Origin: Nanobdellota archaeon
Lineage (GTDB): Archaea > Nanobdellota > Nanobdellia > Woesearchaeales > GW2011-AR9
Direction: 5' to 3'
Assembly: GCA_018812355.1 (NCBI GenBank)
Contig: JAHJDQ010000122.1
Coordinates: 1-34,317 of the forward strand
DNA length: 34,317 nucleotides
The position numbers and the translations under genes are program-made. Shown piece after piece: positions 10,384 through 20,213 of the stretch. Under the pieces are notes generated by a model. The model had not been told where the DNA came from and searched no databases. It saw nothing but the letters and a program-made list of their open reading frames with translations. The stretch's first letter is position 1, and each line of letters opens with the position of its first letter.

Positions 10384-12081
10384 TTATTCTTTTTCTAAAG
10401 TGGAAGTATCCCCCATAGTTAAACCTAACTCTTGCGCTTTTAAAAACCTACGCACAATTTTTCCGCTTCGTGTTTTCGGCAAATCTTTTCTTATTTCAAT
10501 CTCTTTAGGATACGCATGCCCCGCTAATCTTTTCTTGACAAATTTTTTAATTTCTTCCGTAAAATTTTTACTAGGTTTATAATCTTTAGCTAACACCACA
10601 AACGCTTTAATAATCTCACCAAGCAAAGCATCTGGTTTACCGATAACTGCCGCTTCCGCAATTCCTGGATGTTCAATTAAAGCCGACTCCACTTCAAACG
10701 GACCAACTCTCTCTCCCCTCGTTTTAATAATATCATCTGCTCTGCCAATAAACCAAAAATAACCCTCTTGATCTTGTAACGCTTTATCCCCTGAATAGTA
10801 CCAACCTTTTTTAAAATAACTTTTATACTTTTTTTCATTTCTCCAAATCTCTTTCATCATTGAAGGCCAGCCCGGTTTTAAAACCAAATCTCCGGCATGA
10901 TTAAGCACTTCCTTGCCCTTATCATTAAGAACCGCCGCTTTAACACCTAAGAAAGGTTTTCCCATTGAACCTACTTTCATTTTCAAAGTAGGTTGATTGG
11001 CAATACAAATCGCTCCCGTCTCTGTCTGCCACCAAGTATCATGAAAACTTAAACCAAACGCCTTTCTTCCCCATCTAATTGCTTCTGGATTCAGCGGTTC
11101 TCCGACAGAACACAAATAACGTAACGATTTTAAATTATATTTTTTTGGCAATTTAACTCCCGAACGCATTAACATTCTAATTGCTGTCGGAGCAGTATAC
11201 CAAACTTTAACTTTATACTTTTTAATCAACGAATACCATTTATCTGGAGAAAATTTCCCTTCGTAAACTAAAGAAGAAACCCCATTAGACCAATTACCTA
11301 AAATTCCGTAAGCAATTCCCGTAACCCATCCCGGATCAGCGGTACACCAATAAATATCATTTTCTTTTAAATCCAATACCTTTTTTGCAGTTAAGTGTTG
11401 TTGCAAAATTGCTCCATGTTTATGAATTACTCCTTTCGGTTTTCCAGTTGTGCCAGAAGTATACAGCATAAACGCCGGATCTTCTGGTTTCATTGGTTTA
11501 ACTTTAAATTCATCTGATGCTTTAGCCATTTCTTTTGAATAACTGATTTCATTTTTCTTAACTTTAATTTTATCAATTAGAATAATTTTTTTGAGTTTAG
11601 GTAAGTTCTTTTTGACTTTGTCTACTCTCCCTACTAATTCAGAACTAGTAATTAAATATTTTGCGCCACTATTTTTTAATCTATCTTCTAAAGCAGCATA
11701 ACCAAAAGCTTGAAATAATGTCCCGGCAATTGCCCCTGTTTTTAATATTCCTAAGAAAGAGATGTATGTCTCAGGAACTTTTGGTAGAAAAATAAACACA
11801 CGTTCTCCTTTTTTAATTTGTAATTTTTTAAGAACATTAGCAAATTTGTTTGACAACTTTTCTAATTCAGAAAACGTTAAAGTTTTTGCTTTTCCTCGAT
11901 CATTCTCCCAATATAAAGCTGGTTTGTTAGCGTGATCAGATAAAGCATGTCTTGTTACAGCATTATAGGCAGCATTAATCTTCTCTCCTTTAAACCAGGC
12001 CAACTCATCATGATGAGTTTTCCAATTGAATTTTTTAGAAACTTTCGCACGAGTTCTATCTTTTCTTTTCAACTTTTTCAT
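10384..12081 (-). CDS. acsA: Acetate--CoA ligase (AMP-forming acetyl-CoA synthetase)
   Basis: YTSGTTGKPKG, WCTADPGWVTG, SVGEPLNPE, DTWWQTETG, GRADD, LPKTRSGKI.RR. Confidence 0.93.
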   Translation of the reverse strand: MKKLKRKDRTRAKVSKKFNWKTHHDELAWFKGEKINAAYNAVTRHALSDHANKPALYWENDRGKAKTLTFSELEKLSNKFANVLKKLQIKKGERVFIFLPKVPETYISFLGILKTGAIAGTLFQAFGYAALEDRLKNSGAKYLITSSELVGRVDKVKKNLPKLKKIILIDKIKVKKNEISYSKEMAKASDEFKVKPMKPEDPAFMLYTSGTTGKPKGVIHKHGAILQQHLTAKKVLDLKENDIYWCTADPGWVTGIAYGILGNWSNGVSSLVYEGKFSPDKWYSLIKKYKVKVWYTAPTAIRMLMRSGVKLPKKYNLKSLRYLCSVGEPLNPEAIRWGRKAFGLSFHDTWWQTETGAICIANQPTLKMKVGSMGKPFLGVKAAVLNDKGKEVLNHAGDLVLKPGWPSMMKEIWRNEKKYKSYFKKGWYYSGDKALQDQEGYFWFIGRADDIIKTRGERVGPFEVESALIEHPGIAEAAVIGKPDALLGEIIKAFVVLAKDYKPSKNFTEEIKKFVKKRLAGHAYPKEIEIRKDLPKTRSGKIVRRFLKAQELGLTMGDTSTLEKE

Positions 12082-12222
12082 TCAATAACCTCTTTTTTAC
12101 ATTAGGCACAACTATAATCATTCTAATATTACATCTAAAATAAATTTAACATATTTAAACATTACTAAAAAGAGAAATGGTGTAAAGAAATTGAACGTCA
12201 AAAAAAAAAGAAAAATTAAAAA

Positions 12223-13185
12223 TTAATTAACATCCTTTAATCCAGTCTCCTCCACATGGAAACATACTTCTCCATCAGCGAGATTAGGCGCATCAATTAA
12301 CTTTGCTACTCTCGAACCTTTCTTCCCTTTACGAAGATAAATCCTAAATGTAGAAGCATGCGCAACAATATGGCCGCCGACAGATTTAGTGGGATCGCCA
12401 AAAAACTGTGCCGGATCAGCTTGCACTTGATTAGTAACGTAAACACAAATGTTATGTGTACAAGCTACTTTTGCCAAAGTGTGCATGTGCCGGTTTAATT
12501 TTTGCTGTCTCTCCGCTAAAGTTCCCCGACCAATATACTCGGCCCGAAAATGAGACGTTAAGGAATCAACTACTAACAATTTAACTTTCTTGCCTTCACT
12601 AATTAACGATTCGACTTTCTCTGCCAATAACATCTGGTGGTCAGAATTAAAAGCACGCGCCACCATAATCCTATTCAAAGCATCCTCTGGACAGATTCCC
12701 ACTCCTTCAGCCAATTGTTTAATCCTTTCTGGCCGAAAAGTATTCTCCGTATCGAGGTAAACCGCAACCGCATCTGGATCTGTTGATAACAAATTAACAC
12801 AAAGAATATGACCTACTTGCGTTTTTCCACTACCAAATTCACCGAAACACTCTGTAATAGCACTAGTTTCAAAACCGCCGCCCATCATCAGATTAAAAGC
12901 GTCACTACCAGTGCTAATTTTACAGACTAATTCTCTTTTCTTCAACACATCTGTACCAGTTTCAAAACCCATTTTCATACTTTCGCGAGCTGCATTAATC
13001 ATCTTACGAGCAACTGCATCCGAAACACCTGTAGTCTCTACTAACTCACCGATAGTTGCAACTGCAACTGCCATTAAATCTCGATAACCAGCAGATTCTA
13101 ATTTCTCCGCAGTTGCTGCACCTACTCCCGGTAAATCTTTAACGCCCGACTGTCTTATTTTTACTTCCATTATTTGTTCTTCCAT
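12223..13185 (-). CDS. radA: DNA repair and recombination protein RadA
   Basis: N-terminal HhH DLPGVG...AEKL, Walker A GEFGSGKTQ, DTENTFRPER, VVDSLTSHFRAEY.GRG.LAERQQKL. Confidence 0.98.
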   Translation of the reverse strand: MEEQIMEVKIRQSGVKDLPGVGAATAEKLESAGYRDLMAVAVATIGELVETTGVSDAVARKMINAARESMKMGFETGTDVLKKRELVCKISTGSDAFNLMMGGGFETSAITECFGEFGSGKTQVGHILCVNLLSTDPDAVAVYLDTENTFRPERIKQLAEGVGICPEDALNRIMVARAFNSDHQMLLAEKVESLISEGKKVKLLVVDSLTSHFRAEYIGRGTLAERQQKLNRHMHTLAKVACTHNICVYVTNQVQADPAQFFGDPTKSVGGHIVAHASTFRIYLRKGKKGSRVAKLIDAPNLADGEVCFHVEETGLKDVN

Positions 13186-13204
13186 TTTAATTACCTCTTA
13201 AATT

Positions 13205-13501
13205 TTATGCACTAGCAAATAATTCCTGTTCTTTAAAGACAAGAAATTCGTACGCTTTTTGTAAGACAACATTAGCTTTCGGCAAATCATTGATTCTTAA
13301 AGAATTAGTTGACTGCCATTGCCCTTCTTTGTTGGTATAACTTCTTTCAATGGCGATTGTTCGATACTCTGTTTCTTCTCCATTCGCAGTGTGACCTTTG
13401 TTAAGCCAAACCGTAGCAGAAATTGCTCCTGCTCTAAACTTTTTTTCAGGCAAATTACCTGAACCATTTTGTGTAGCTCTCGCTACTTTATTTTTTTCCA
13501 T
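13205..13501 (-). CDS. Small hypothetical protein upstream of radA, possible PC4/PUR-like ssDNA-binding fold
   Basis: PEKKFRAGAISATVW...IERSY..KEG.W.STNSLR.NDLPKA..VL..AYE beta-beta-beta-alpha pattern; ATG 13501 has a GAGGT RBS. The fold is inference. Confidence 0.7.
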   Translation of the reverse strand: MEKNKVARATQNGSGNLPEKKFRAGAISATVWLNKGHTANGEETEYRTIAIERSYTNKEGQWQSTNSLRINDLPKANVVLQKAYEFLVFKEQELFASA

Positions 13502-13604
13502 TTTTCTATACCTCTTGCTTTCGCGTTTTATTTCACCCACCAACAATTTTGCTGGCAGTGAGGTTACCCAATTTTCTGGGACAATAACTTCAGAACAAAA
13601 CTGG

Positions 13605-13612
13605 TTTATAAA
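13605..13612 (-). promoter_or_regulatory. Candidate TATA box for the small-protein/radA operon
   Basis: TTTATAAA in the 190-bp intergenic region; the same octamer recurs upstream of many genes in the window. Confidence 0.5.
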
Positions 13613-13693
13613 CTCTATCCGAGGTTGTCCAGTGGGTGAGTGGCTTTTTTTTTACGTTCAAATAAACTTAGAATAAGTGTGGGGAGTGGCTCT

Positions 13694-13987
13694 CTAAAGC
13701 TTCTGTTTCCCAGTAACTGTAAGCACATCTTTCTCTTTCTTCAACCTAACTTCAGTTAAATCATTAATCACAATATCATTCCCCATCAAATAAAAGGAAA
13801 TATTACGCAATTCCCAAAATCTAACCTTCTCCACTTCTTTAATATCCAACACTTCAAATGGTGCTCGACCTTTAAGATGAGGATTATTTTCTTGAAATAA
13901 ACCAATAAACGCAGTCCACAATCCTTCTTTATCCTTTCCAGGCTTACGACTAATTATAATACTCTTAGCTTGAAAAGTTTTATCCAT
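13694..13987 (-). CDS. Hypothetical protein
   Basis: 97-aa ORF tightly packed 3 bp after the upstream membrane gene. Confidence 0.7.
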   Translation of the reverse strand: MDKTFQAKSIIISRKPGKDKEGLWTAFIGLFQENNPHLKGRAPFEVLDIKEVEKVRFWELRNISFYLMGNDIVINDLTEVRLKKEKDVLTVTGKQKL

Positions 13988-13990
13988 AAA

Positions 13991-14335
13991 TTACTTGACG
14001 AAGCTCTTACTTTTAAATCTTACTAAAATTTTTTTCAGATGTAAATAGTAAGAAATTCCAAAACCGATTCCAAAGAAAATAAACGCTAATACTCTTGAAG
14101 TCCAAATACTCCCAATCAGATAACCTAAAAGAAACCCAATAATAATCAAAATGAATGGAAAAATAGGTTCTTTCTGATACTTAAAATAATAAATCCTTCC
14201 AGCAACTGCTCCACCGAATAAAACACAAAGGTAACTTAAAACAGCATTATTTAACAACACGGAAAGAATAAAACCAACTACTAAAAACACTAAAAAAAGT
14301 TCTTCCATCCACCTTTCTTCAACTTTTAAATTCAT
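13991..14335 (-). CDS. Hypothetical membrane protein (about 4 TM helices)
   Basis: Four hydrophobic segments; abuts the stop of the upstream gene. Confidence 0.75.
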   Translation of the reverse strand: MNLKVEERWMEELFLVFLVVGFILSVLLNNAVLSYLCVLFGGAVAGRIYYFKYQKEPIFPFILIIIGFLLGYLIGSIWTSRVLAFIFFGIGFGISYYLHLKKILVRFKSKSFVK

Positions 14336-15073
14336 TTATTTCTCCGAACCAATTAACAGTTTAGTCACTCCTGCTCCTCCACTTAAAATAATCGCTAAAA
14401 TTAACCCTATTTTTGTTCCCGTTAACAATAATACTGCTCCTAACAACACTGTAAATATAGCAATCACATACGTTACACGCGAACCAAAAAAAATGTTTAA
14501 TCCATCTAATTGTGGTAAAGGTATTAAAGCACAAACCGCCATAATAATATTAAAAATCAACCCTTTTGAGAAAAAATAACTTTGCGGAAAGATATAAGCA
14601 CCTACCGCAAAAACAATCGCTAAAATCATACTTCCTAAAATTCCCCATAAAGCGATCAACCCATTTTGACCATAAGAAAATCCATAACGAAACTCTCCCA
14701 ATCTTTGCCTAACCATAAACGAAGCAACAATTCCACCAATAAAAATTAATGGCACCCTTCCTAAAGTAACAAAGCCGACAATTAACATAATCACTAATCC
14801 TGCCCACCAAATTTTAAACTCAGCTTTATAACCTTCTGTTAAAGCATAAATTTTCTGACAAGCAATTCTAAAATAAAATGAAACTGCCGCAATAATGAAG
14901 ACTAAAAATAAATTTTTTACCCCAACTACTAAATCAAAAGTCTCACCGCCCCAATCACGGAAGGAAAAAATAAACCCAGCAATCAAAATTCCCACAATTA
15001 ATCCAGAATGTTCCTGCCAGCTAAACCTAAAGTGTTCTTTCATCCGCGCTTGCAGCTCTTTTAGATTAACCAT
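14336..15073 (-). CDS. Site-2 protease (M50) family homologue lacking HExxH
   Basis: Archaeal M50 hallmarks RFS..E, GYKAEF..W..GL, GLIAL.G, FN......LIPLPQLDG; RIACQ occupies the HExxH position. Confidence 0.75.
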   Translation of the reverse strand: MVNLKELQARMKEHFRFSWQEHSGLIVGILIAGFIFSFRDWGGETFDLVVGVKNLFLVFIIAAVSFYFRIACQKIYALTEGYKAEFKIWWAGLVIMLIVGFVTLGRVPLIFIGGIVASFMVRQRLGEFRYGFSYGQNGLIALWGILGSMILAIVFAVGAYIFPQSYFFSKGLIFNIIMAVCALIPLPQLDGLNIFFGSRVTYVIAIFTVLLGAVLLLTGTKIGLILAIILSGGAGVTKLLIGSEK

Positions 15074-15134
15074 CTTTACCTAAATTAAATAATAGAACTA
15101 TATAAAAATTACCTATTTCTACAAAATTAAATGT

Positions 15135-15208
15135 AAGAGCACTACCGCCAGAGGAGGCACATGAGTGAACGAAAGTGAGCTCATAATCGTGCCGTGCGTA
15201 GTGCTCTT
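15135..15208 (+). ncRNA. Candidate structured RNA or palindromic element (long hairpin with tandem GA pairs and GAAA tetraloop)
   Basis: AAGAGCACTAC/GTAGTGCTCTT (11 bp), GGCAC/GTGCC, ATGAGT/GCTCAT, GA.GA, AC-GAAA-GT; GC-rich island in an AT-rich intergenic region. Confidence 0.6.
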
Positions 15209-15233
15209 GTTAAAACAAAAAAAATGAACTAAA

Positions 15234-16199
15234 CTATTTCTTCTCTAACAACCACATCTTATGAATACTTTCTCCCCATAACAACTCTTCTTCCTTAAGC
15301 AACTTAAACTTTTGCGGAATTGTCACTGCCCAATTTTTGCGCCCAATCAAGAATAAAGTTCCCTTTGTTTTGAGAATGTAATTAGCCTGATAATAAATTT
15401 CATTTAAATGTACCTCATCTTTTGTTGTTACCTGAAAAATTACCCGATCGAAAGTTTCCTTGCCATATTTTAAATCTAAATCTTCAAAAGAATATTTGTT
15501 AATCTTTAAATCAACTTTAGCCAGCTTCGCATTTTTCTTTGCTGCATTAACATTAGCAATACCACTGTCAAAAGCTTCTATTTCTGATTCCGGAGAAAAT
15601 AAAGCTGCTTCAATTGCAATCGCCCCATCTTTACAAAAACCAGATAATAATTTCTCATTTTTTTGAAAACCTGCTTTCCTGACAAAATAATAAGCAAGAT
15701 CTCCCTTGAAAGAAGCAGAATGCGCAAACACCCGATAATCACGTAAATTTAATTCCCTCCCAGTATAATCTAAACCGAAAACTAATTTTTCTTTCGTATC
15801 ATAAACAATAACTAAGTGGTCTGGTTTTTTGTAATCAATTTTTGTTTTAATTTTATTCTCTTCTAGAAGTGGAAATAATTGTTCTGTAATTTTCTTGGCA
15901 ATTTCAATTCGATTATCCTGCCCTTTAACATTCTCCACTTCAATTTTTAATTTAATTTCTTCTTTAAAATAATCATTAAAACTAAATTTGTCAAAACTAA
16001 CTTTCTCACCAATAACTTCTCCGAAAGGCAAGATAACTCTCTTCACTGCTTGTAATTTCGTTAATTTTTCCAATTCTTTTTGCTCAAATTCAAAACTTAA
16101 CAAAGAACTATTAACAACAGCCTTAACCTTAAACTTTTCCTTCAATTCTTGTTGCGCTAACTTTTCTAATCCAGGATTAACAATTACGGCAACTTTCAT
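15234..16199 (-). CDS. THUMP-domain RNA methyltransferase homologue (Trm14/RlmL-like), degenerate motifs
   Basis: N-terminal PGLE.LA..EL; GLDYTGRELNLRDYRVF.H.A; motif I-like LLSGFCKDGAIAIEAA; A..NAKLA.V; no NPPY. Confidence 0.8.
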   Translation of the reverse strand: MKVAVIVNPGLEKLAQQELKEKFKVKAVVNSSLLSFEFEQKELEKLTKLQAVKRVILPFGEVIGEKVSFDKFSFNDYFKEEIKLKIEVENVKGQDNRIEIAKKITEQLFPLLEENKIKTKIDYKKPDHLVIVYDTKEKLVFGLDYTGRELNLRDYRVFAHSASFKGDLAYYFVRKAGFQKNEKLLSGFCKDGAIAIEAALFSPESEIEAFDSGIANVNAAKKNAKLAKVDLKINKYSFEDLDLKYGKETFDRVIFQVTTKDEVHLNEIYYQANYILKTKGTLFLIGRKNWAVTIPQKFKLLKEEELLWGESIHKMWLLEKK

Positions 16200-19100
16200 T
16201 CTTGATTCTCAACATCCTCACTAGAATCATCTTCCTCATTATTTAGTTCATCAGTATCTTCTTCAACCGGATCTTCTTCAGTAGCTTCTTCAACCTCTTC
16301 CCTAATCTCTTCAGAAACTTCATCAATTACTTCAGCTTCTCCAACAACAACTTCTTCCTCATTGCTCTCGACGATTTCATCACTATCTTCGACGACAATC
16401 TTCGCCGAAGCTGCTAAAGTATCACCTTCATTCATCCGCATTACCCGAACTCCCTGCGTCGCTCGACCAATTACAGAAATACTAGAAACGGGTATCCTAA
16501 TTCCAATTCCTTCCCGAGAAATTAACATTAACTCTTCTTCCTCACCATCAACTAATTTCACTGATTGCACCCAGCCATTCTTAGAAGTAATTTTTATATT
16601 TGTAACACCTTTACCACCACGATTACATAAACGGTACTCTGTAACTGGCGTTCTTTTACCATAACCTTTCTCAGTTAAGGTCAGAATGTTCTTACCTTCT
16701 TCTGCCACTAACATCCCGACAACTTCATCCCCAGAACGTAACCTAATTCCTCTAACTCCTCTTGCCGTCCGACCCATATGCCGAACATCCTGTTCCCTAA
16801 AACGGTTCGCCCAACCAAGTTTAGTTGCTAAAATAATCTCTTGCAATCCTGTCGTCCCTTTAACCCCAATTAAACTATCTCCCTCATCTAAATTAACTGC
16901 TCTGATTCCACCTTTCCTAGGACGAGAAAATTCAATTAATGGTGTTTTCTTCACAGTACCTTTTTTTGTCGCCATGAACAAATAACCTTCCGCAAAATCT
17001 TTCACTGGAACAACCGCTGTAATATTTTCCCCAGGAGACATTTGTAAAAGATTAGCAACATGTTTCCCTTTTGCCTGTCGACTAGTTTCCGGAATGTTAT
17101 AAACTTTCAACCAATAAACCTGACTTTGGTCTGTAAAAAACAACAAATAATCATGCGTCGAAACCACATAAAGATTTTCTAAAAAGTCTTCATCTTTCGT
17201 TCCTGCTGCTTTAACCCCTTTTCCGCCCCGTCTTTGCGTTTTATAAGTGTCTAAAGGTAACCTTTTTACATAACCAGAATGGGTCATCGTCACAACAACA
17301 GAACTTTCTTCAATCAAATCCTCTAAATCAATATACTCATCCTCACCAGCAACAATTCTTGATCTTCTTTTATCCCCATAATCAGTTTTAATATCTTCTA
17401 ATTCTTCTTTAATCAAACCTAATACTTTCTCCTCAGAACCTAAAATATCTTGATAATAGTTAATTTTCTCTAGTAATTCTTGGTGCTCATCGCGAATTTT
17501 TTCTTGTTCTAAAGAAGCTAATTTCTGCAAGCGCATTTCTAAAATGGCCTTTGCCTGAATTTCAGAAAGTTTATACTTGCCCATCAAAAAGTTCTTGGCT
17601 TCCTCAACTGTACGTGACTGTTTAATCTCAGGAATAATTTGATCAATATTATCTAAAGCAATTAATAATCCCTCTAACACATGAACCCTTTTCTCGGCCT
17701 GTTCTAAATCGTATTGTGTTCTCCTAATAATCACATCTTTCCTGTGCTTAATGTGTTCAGAAATAATTTCTTTCAATCCCAATAATTTTGGTTGATTGCC
17801 CACTAAAGCCAATAAATTAATTCCAAAAGTAACTTTTAAACGACTATATTTATACAACTGATTCAAGACCACATTCGGATCAACATCTTTCTTCAAATCA
17901 ATTACAACTCTAATTCCTTCCCGATCTGATTCATCATTAATGTTTCTGATTCCGGGAACTTTTTTATTTTTCACCAACTCAGCAATATGAATAATCAAAT
18001 CGGCTTTGTTAACTTGATAAGGAACTTCTTTAATCACAATTTTATTTCCTTCAATCTCACTAATCGCTTTAATGGTTACTTTTCCTTTCCCTTTAGCATA
18101 AGCATACTTTAAGGCATCTCCACAAGCTACCTCCCCCCCAGTCGGAAAATCAGGACCAGGAATAATTTGCATTAACTCATCAACAGAAATATCAGGATTA
18201 TTAATTGTTTGAATCACTGCTTCACAAACTTCCGAAACATTATGTGGAGGAATATTCGTCGCCATTCCTACAGCAATTCCAGAAGAACCATTAATCAATA
18301 AATTAGGTAACTTGTTTGGTAAGACCGTCGGCTCTTCTAATGAACTGTCAAAATTAGGTTTAAAATCAACCGTATTTTTCTCAATATCTTTTAATAATTC
18401 CCCGGCAATTTTTTGTAATTTTGCTTCCGTATTGTGATTAACAAAACCATTAGCGATAAAGGAATGACAATGACTATCAACCCTAATAGAATAAACTTCT
18501 TCTTTTGGACACTTTGTAATTGTTTTAACTTTGTTAAAAAGGAAATTATTTTTAAGTAACCAGTTAATTAACGATTGATCATGTGGATTTAAAATAGTTT
18601 TTAGTTTTGTAAGGTTTTTTTGTAAGTTGTTATAACGATCAAAATTATTTTTTTTAATAAAATAATTTTTATAGTTCTTACGCAAATACTGATTGAGATA
18701 AGGGATGTAATCAAGCTTACTCATTCGACTTAAATTGGCCGATTCAACTTCTTTTAAGATTTCTTTTTTTCTCAGAGAAAAAAAGCCAATTTCTTTCTTA
18801 AAAATAAGAACATTAGATGCTTTAGGAATAATTAAACGAAAACAATTATTCCTCTTATCAGACCGGGGAGCACTTGTAATAATTCCAAAATTTAATAGAA
18901 CAACTTTCAATTGATCAATCAACTTTTTACTTTTGGAATCATAAAATAAGTGCATTGATTTTCCGCCATGTCGACGGTCAGTAACACACTTAACAGAACC
19001 ATCACCTTCATATAAAGCTTGGAGAAAGCTTTTGATAACTTCTTTTTTTGATTTAAGAATAATGTGAGGTATCTCTTTAAAATCTGACTTTACTTTCTTT

Positions 19101-20149
19101 AATCCTAAATTGATCAAAAACCGGACAACTTTTTGATGGTATAAATCTAGTTCCAAACATCCCTTTAGATTTCTTTCGTATAAAGTAACTCCTGGGAAAT
19201 TCTCAACAATACACTTTTTAACTTTATTATAGTATGATTTATCTTTGTTGATAAAGAGAATTTTATTCTGATGAAAACTGCCCTCAGCCACTAAGGCACC
19301 CAATAAAAAAGCCAATGATTTGTTAATCTGTTTTGGTAGAGTAACATTTTTTTCCTTTCTCTTAAACGTAGGAACATAACTTTTCAAAGAAGGATTTGAT
19401 TTGCTAAATAAAAAAGAATTACGGTTAATCAGAACATAATCATTTTCAGTAATATCCATTAACAATTTCCATTGAAAAGTAGGCATACCAAAGGGGTTCT
19501 GTTCCCAACAAAGAACTGGATGATTATAACTTCCCTTAATAGAATAGCCTTCATTTGTAATAACTTTGATGATTTCGTGTTTTCCAGAATTAAAGAATTT
19601 GCTAGCTTTTTTAGTTTCACCTTGATAATTTAATATTTTAAGATTAATTTTATCTTCTTTCTTACTAGAAATTTCTTTAATCGGCACCATCCCTTGATTG
19701 GTTAGCACTAAAGTATCTCCTGTAACACAATAACGGTAAGCTGCCGCTTTATCTCCATCCATACTCCCAAAATTTCCTTGGCCTTTAATCAAAGGATAAC
19801 GTAAAGAAAAATCTTGAGCCATTCTTACTAAAGCATCATAAACTGAAGCATCGCCATGAGGATGGAACTTACCAAGAACATCTCCAACAATCCGCGCACA
19901 TTTCTTGGAAGGTTTGTTATAAAACATACTCATCTGATGCATCGCATAAAGAATCCGTCTATGAACAGGCTTCAAACCATCCCGTACATCTGGCAGAGCC
20001 CTACCAACTATTACAGACATTGCATAATTAACATAAGCTTCTTTCATCTCCTCTTCAATCACACGAGGAATAATTTTATCATTCTTCGGATTACTTTCAG
20101 CAGAATCAGTTACAATTTCATCATTATTTTTAGAGCTATTTTCGTCCAT
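16196..20149 (-). CDS. gyrA: DNA gyrase subunit A precursor containing an intein
   Basis: [33 protein letters not shown]|TEA catalytic site, [18 protein letters not shown], GyrA box QRRGGKG, beta-pinwheel repeats, acidic tail. Confidence 0.98.
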   Translation of the reverse strand: MDENSSKNNDEIVTDSAESNPKNDKIIPRVIEEEMKEAYVNYAMSVIVGRALPDVRDGLKPVHRRILYAMHQMSMFYNKPSKKCARIVGDVLGKFHPHGDASVYDALVRMAQDFSLRYPLIKGQGNFGSMDGDKAAAYRYCVTGDTLVLTNQGMVPIKEISSKKEDKINLKILNYQGETKKASKFFNSGKHEIIKVITNEGYSIKGSYNHPVLCWEQNPFGMPTFQWKLLMDITENDYVLINRNSFLFSKSNPSLKSYVPTFKRKEKNVTLPKQINKSLAFLLGALVAEGSFHQNKILFINKDKSYYNKVKKCIVENFPGVTLYERNLKGCLELDLYHQKVVRFLINLGLKKVKSDFKEIPHIILKSKKEVIKSFLQALYEGDGSVKCVTDRRHGGKSMHLFYDSKSKKLIDQLKVVLLNFGIITSAPRSDKRNNCFRLIIPKASNVLIFKKEIGFFSLRKKEILKEVESANLSRMSKLDYIPYLNQYLRKNYKNYFIKKNNFDRYNNLQKNLTKLKTILNPHDQSLINWLLKNNFLFNKVKTITKCPKEEVYSIRVDSHCHSFIANGFVNHNTEAKLQKIAGELLKDIEKNTVDFKPNFDSSLEEPTVLPNKLPNLLINGSSGIAVGMATNIPPHNVSEVCEAVIQTINNPDISVDELMQIIPGPDFPTGGEVACGDALKYAYAKGKGKVTIKAISEIEGNKIVIKEVPYQVNKADLIIHIAELVKNKKVPGIRNINDESDREGIRVVIDLKKDVDPNVVLNQLYKYSRLKVTFGINLLALVGNQPKLLGLKEIISEHIKHRKDVIIRRTQYDLEQAEKRVHVLEGLLIALDNIDQIIPEIKQSRTVEEAKNFLMGKYKLSEIQAKAILEMRLQKLASLEQEKIRDEHQELLEKINYYQDILGSEEKVLGLIKEELEDIKTDYGDKRRSRIVAGEDEYIDLEDLIEESSVVVTMTHSGYVKRLPLDTYKTQRRGGKGVKAAGTKDEDFLENLYVVSTHDYLLFFTDQSQVYWLKVYNIPETSRQAKGKHVANLLQMSPGENITAVVPVKDFAEGYLFMATKKGTVKKTPLIEFSRPRKGGIRAVNLDEGDSLIGVKGTTGLQEIILATKLGWANRFREQDVRHMGRTARGVRGIRLRSGDEVVGMLVAEEGKNILTLTEKGYGKRTPVTEYRLCNRGGKGVTNIKITSKNGWVQSVKLVDGEEEELMLISREGIGIRIPVSSISVIGRATQGVRVMRMNEGDTLAASAKIVVEDSDEIVESNEEEVVVGEAEVIDEVSEEIREEVEEATEEDPVEEDTDELNNEEDDSSEDVENQE
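18431..19729 (-). mobile_element. Intein with LAGLIDADG homing endonuclease (433 aa, residues 141-573 of the GyrA precursor)
   Basis: Starts CVTGDTLV after AAAYRY; block B GSYNHPV; LAGLIDADG motifs [10 protein letters not shown] and [11 protein letters not shown]; ends [18 protein letters not shown] followed by T(EAKL). Confidence 0.96.
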
Positions 20150-20213
20150 TTTTAATAATTAAAACTTCCTCTTTATCGTCGCTAAACTAATAAGAATTAG
20201 AGAGAATTAGGCT

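Noticed and set aside
13632-13645. GTGGGTG as the missing 5' half of the orphan tRNA
   Set aside because: It could pair with TACCCAC, but it lacks U8, a D stem and an anticodon arm.
15135-15208. SRP RNA, SECIS element or C/D-box RNA
   Set aside because: Too short for archaeal SRP RNA and lacks its helix-8 motif; no in-frame UGA gene nearby; no proper box C/D pair.
16196-16400. Repeat-like TTC/TCA-rich tract
   Set aside because: It encodes the acidic low-complexity GyrA tail and is not a DNA repeat element.
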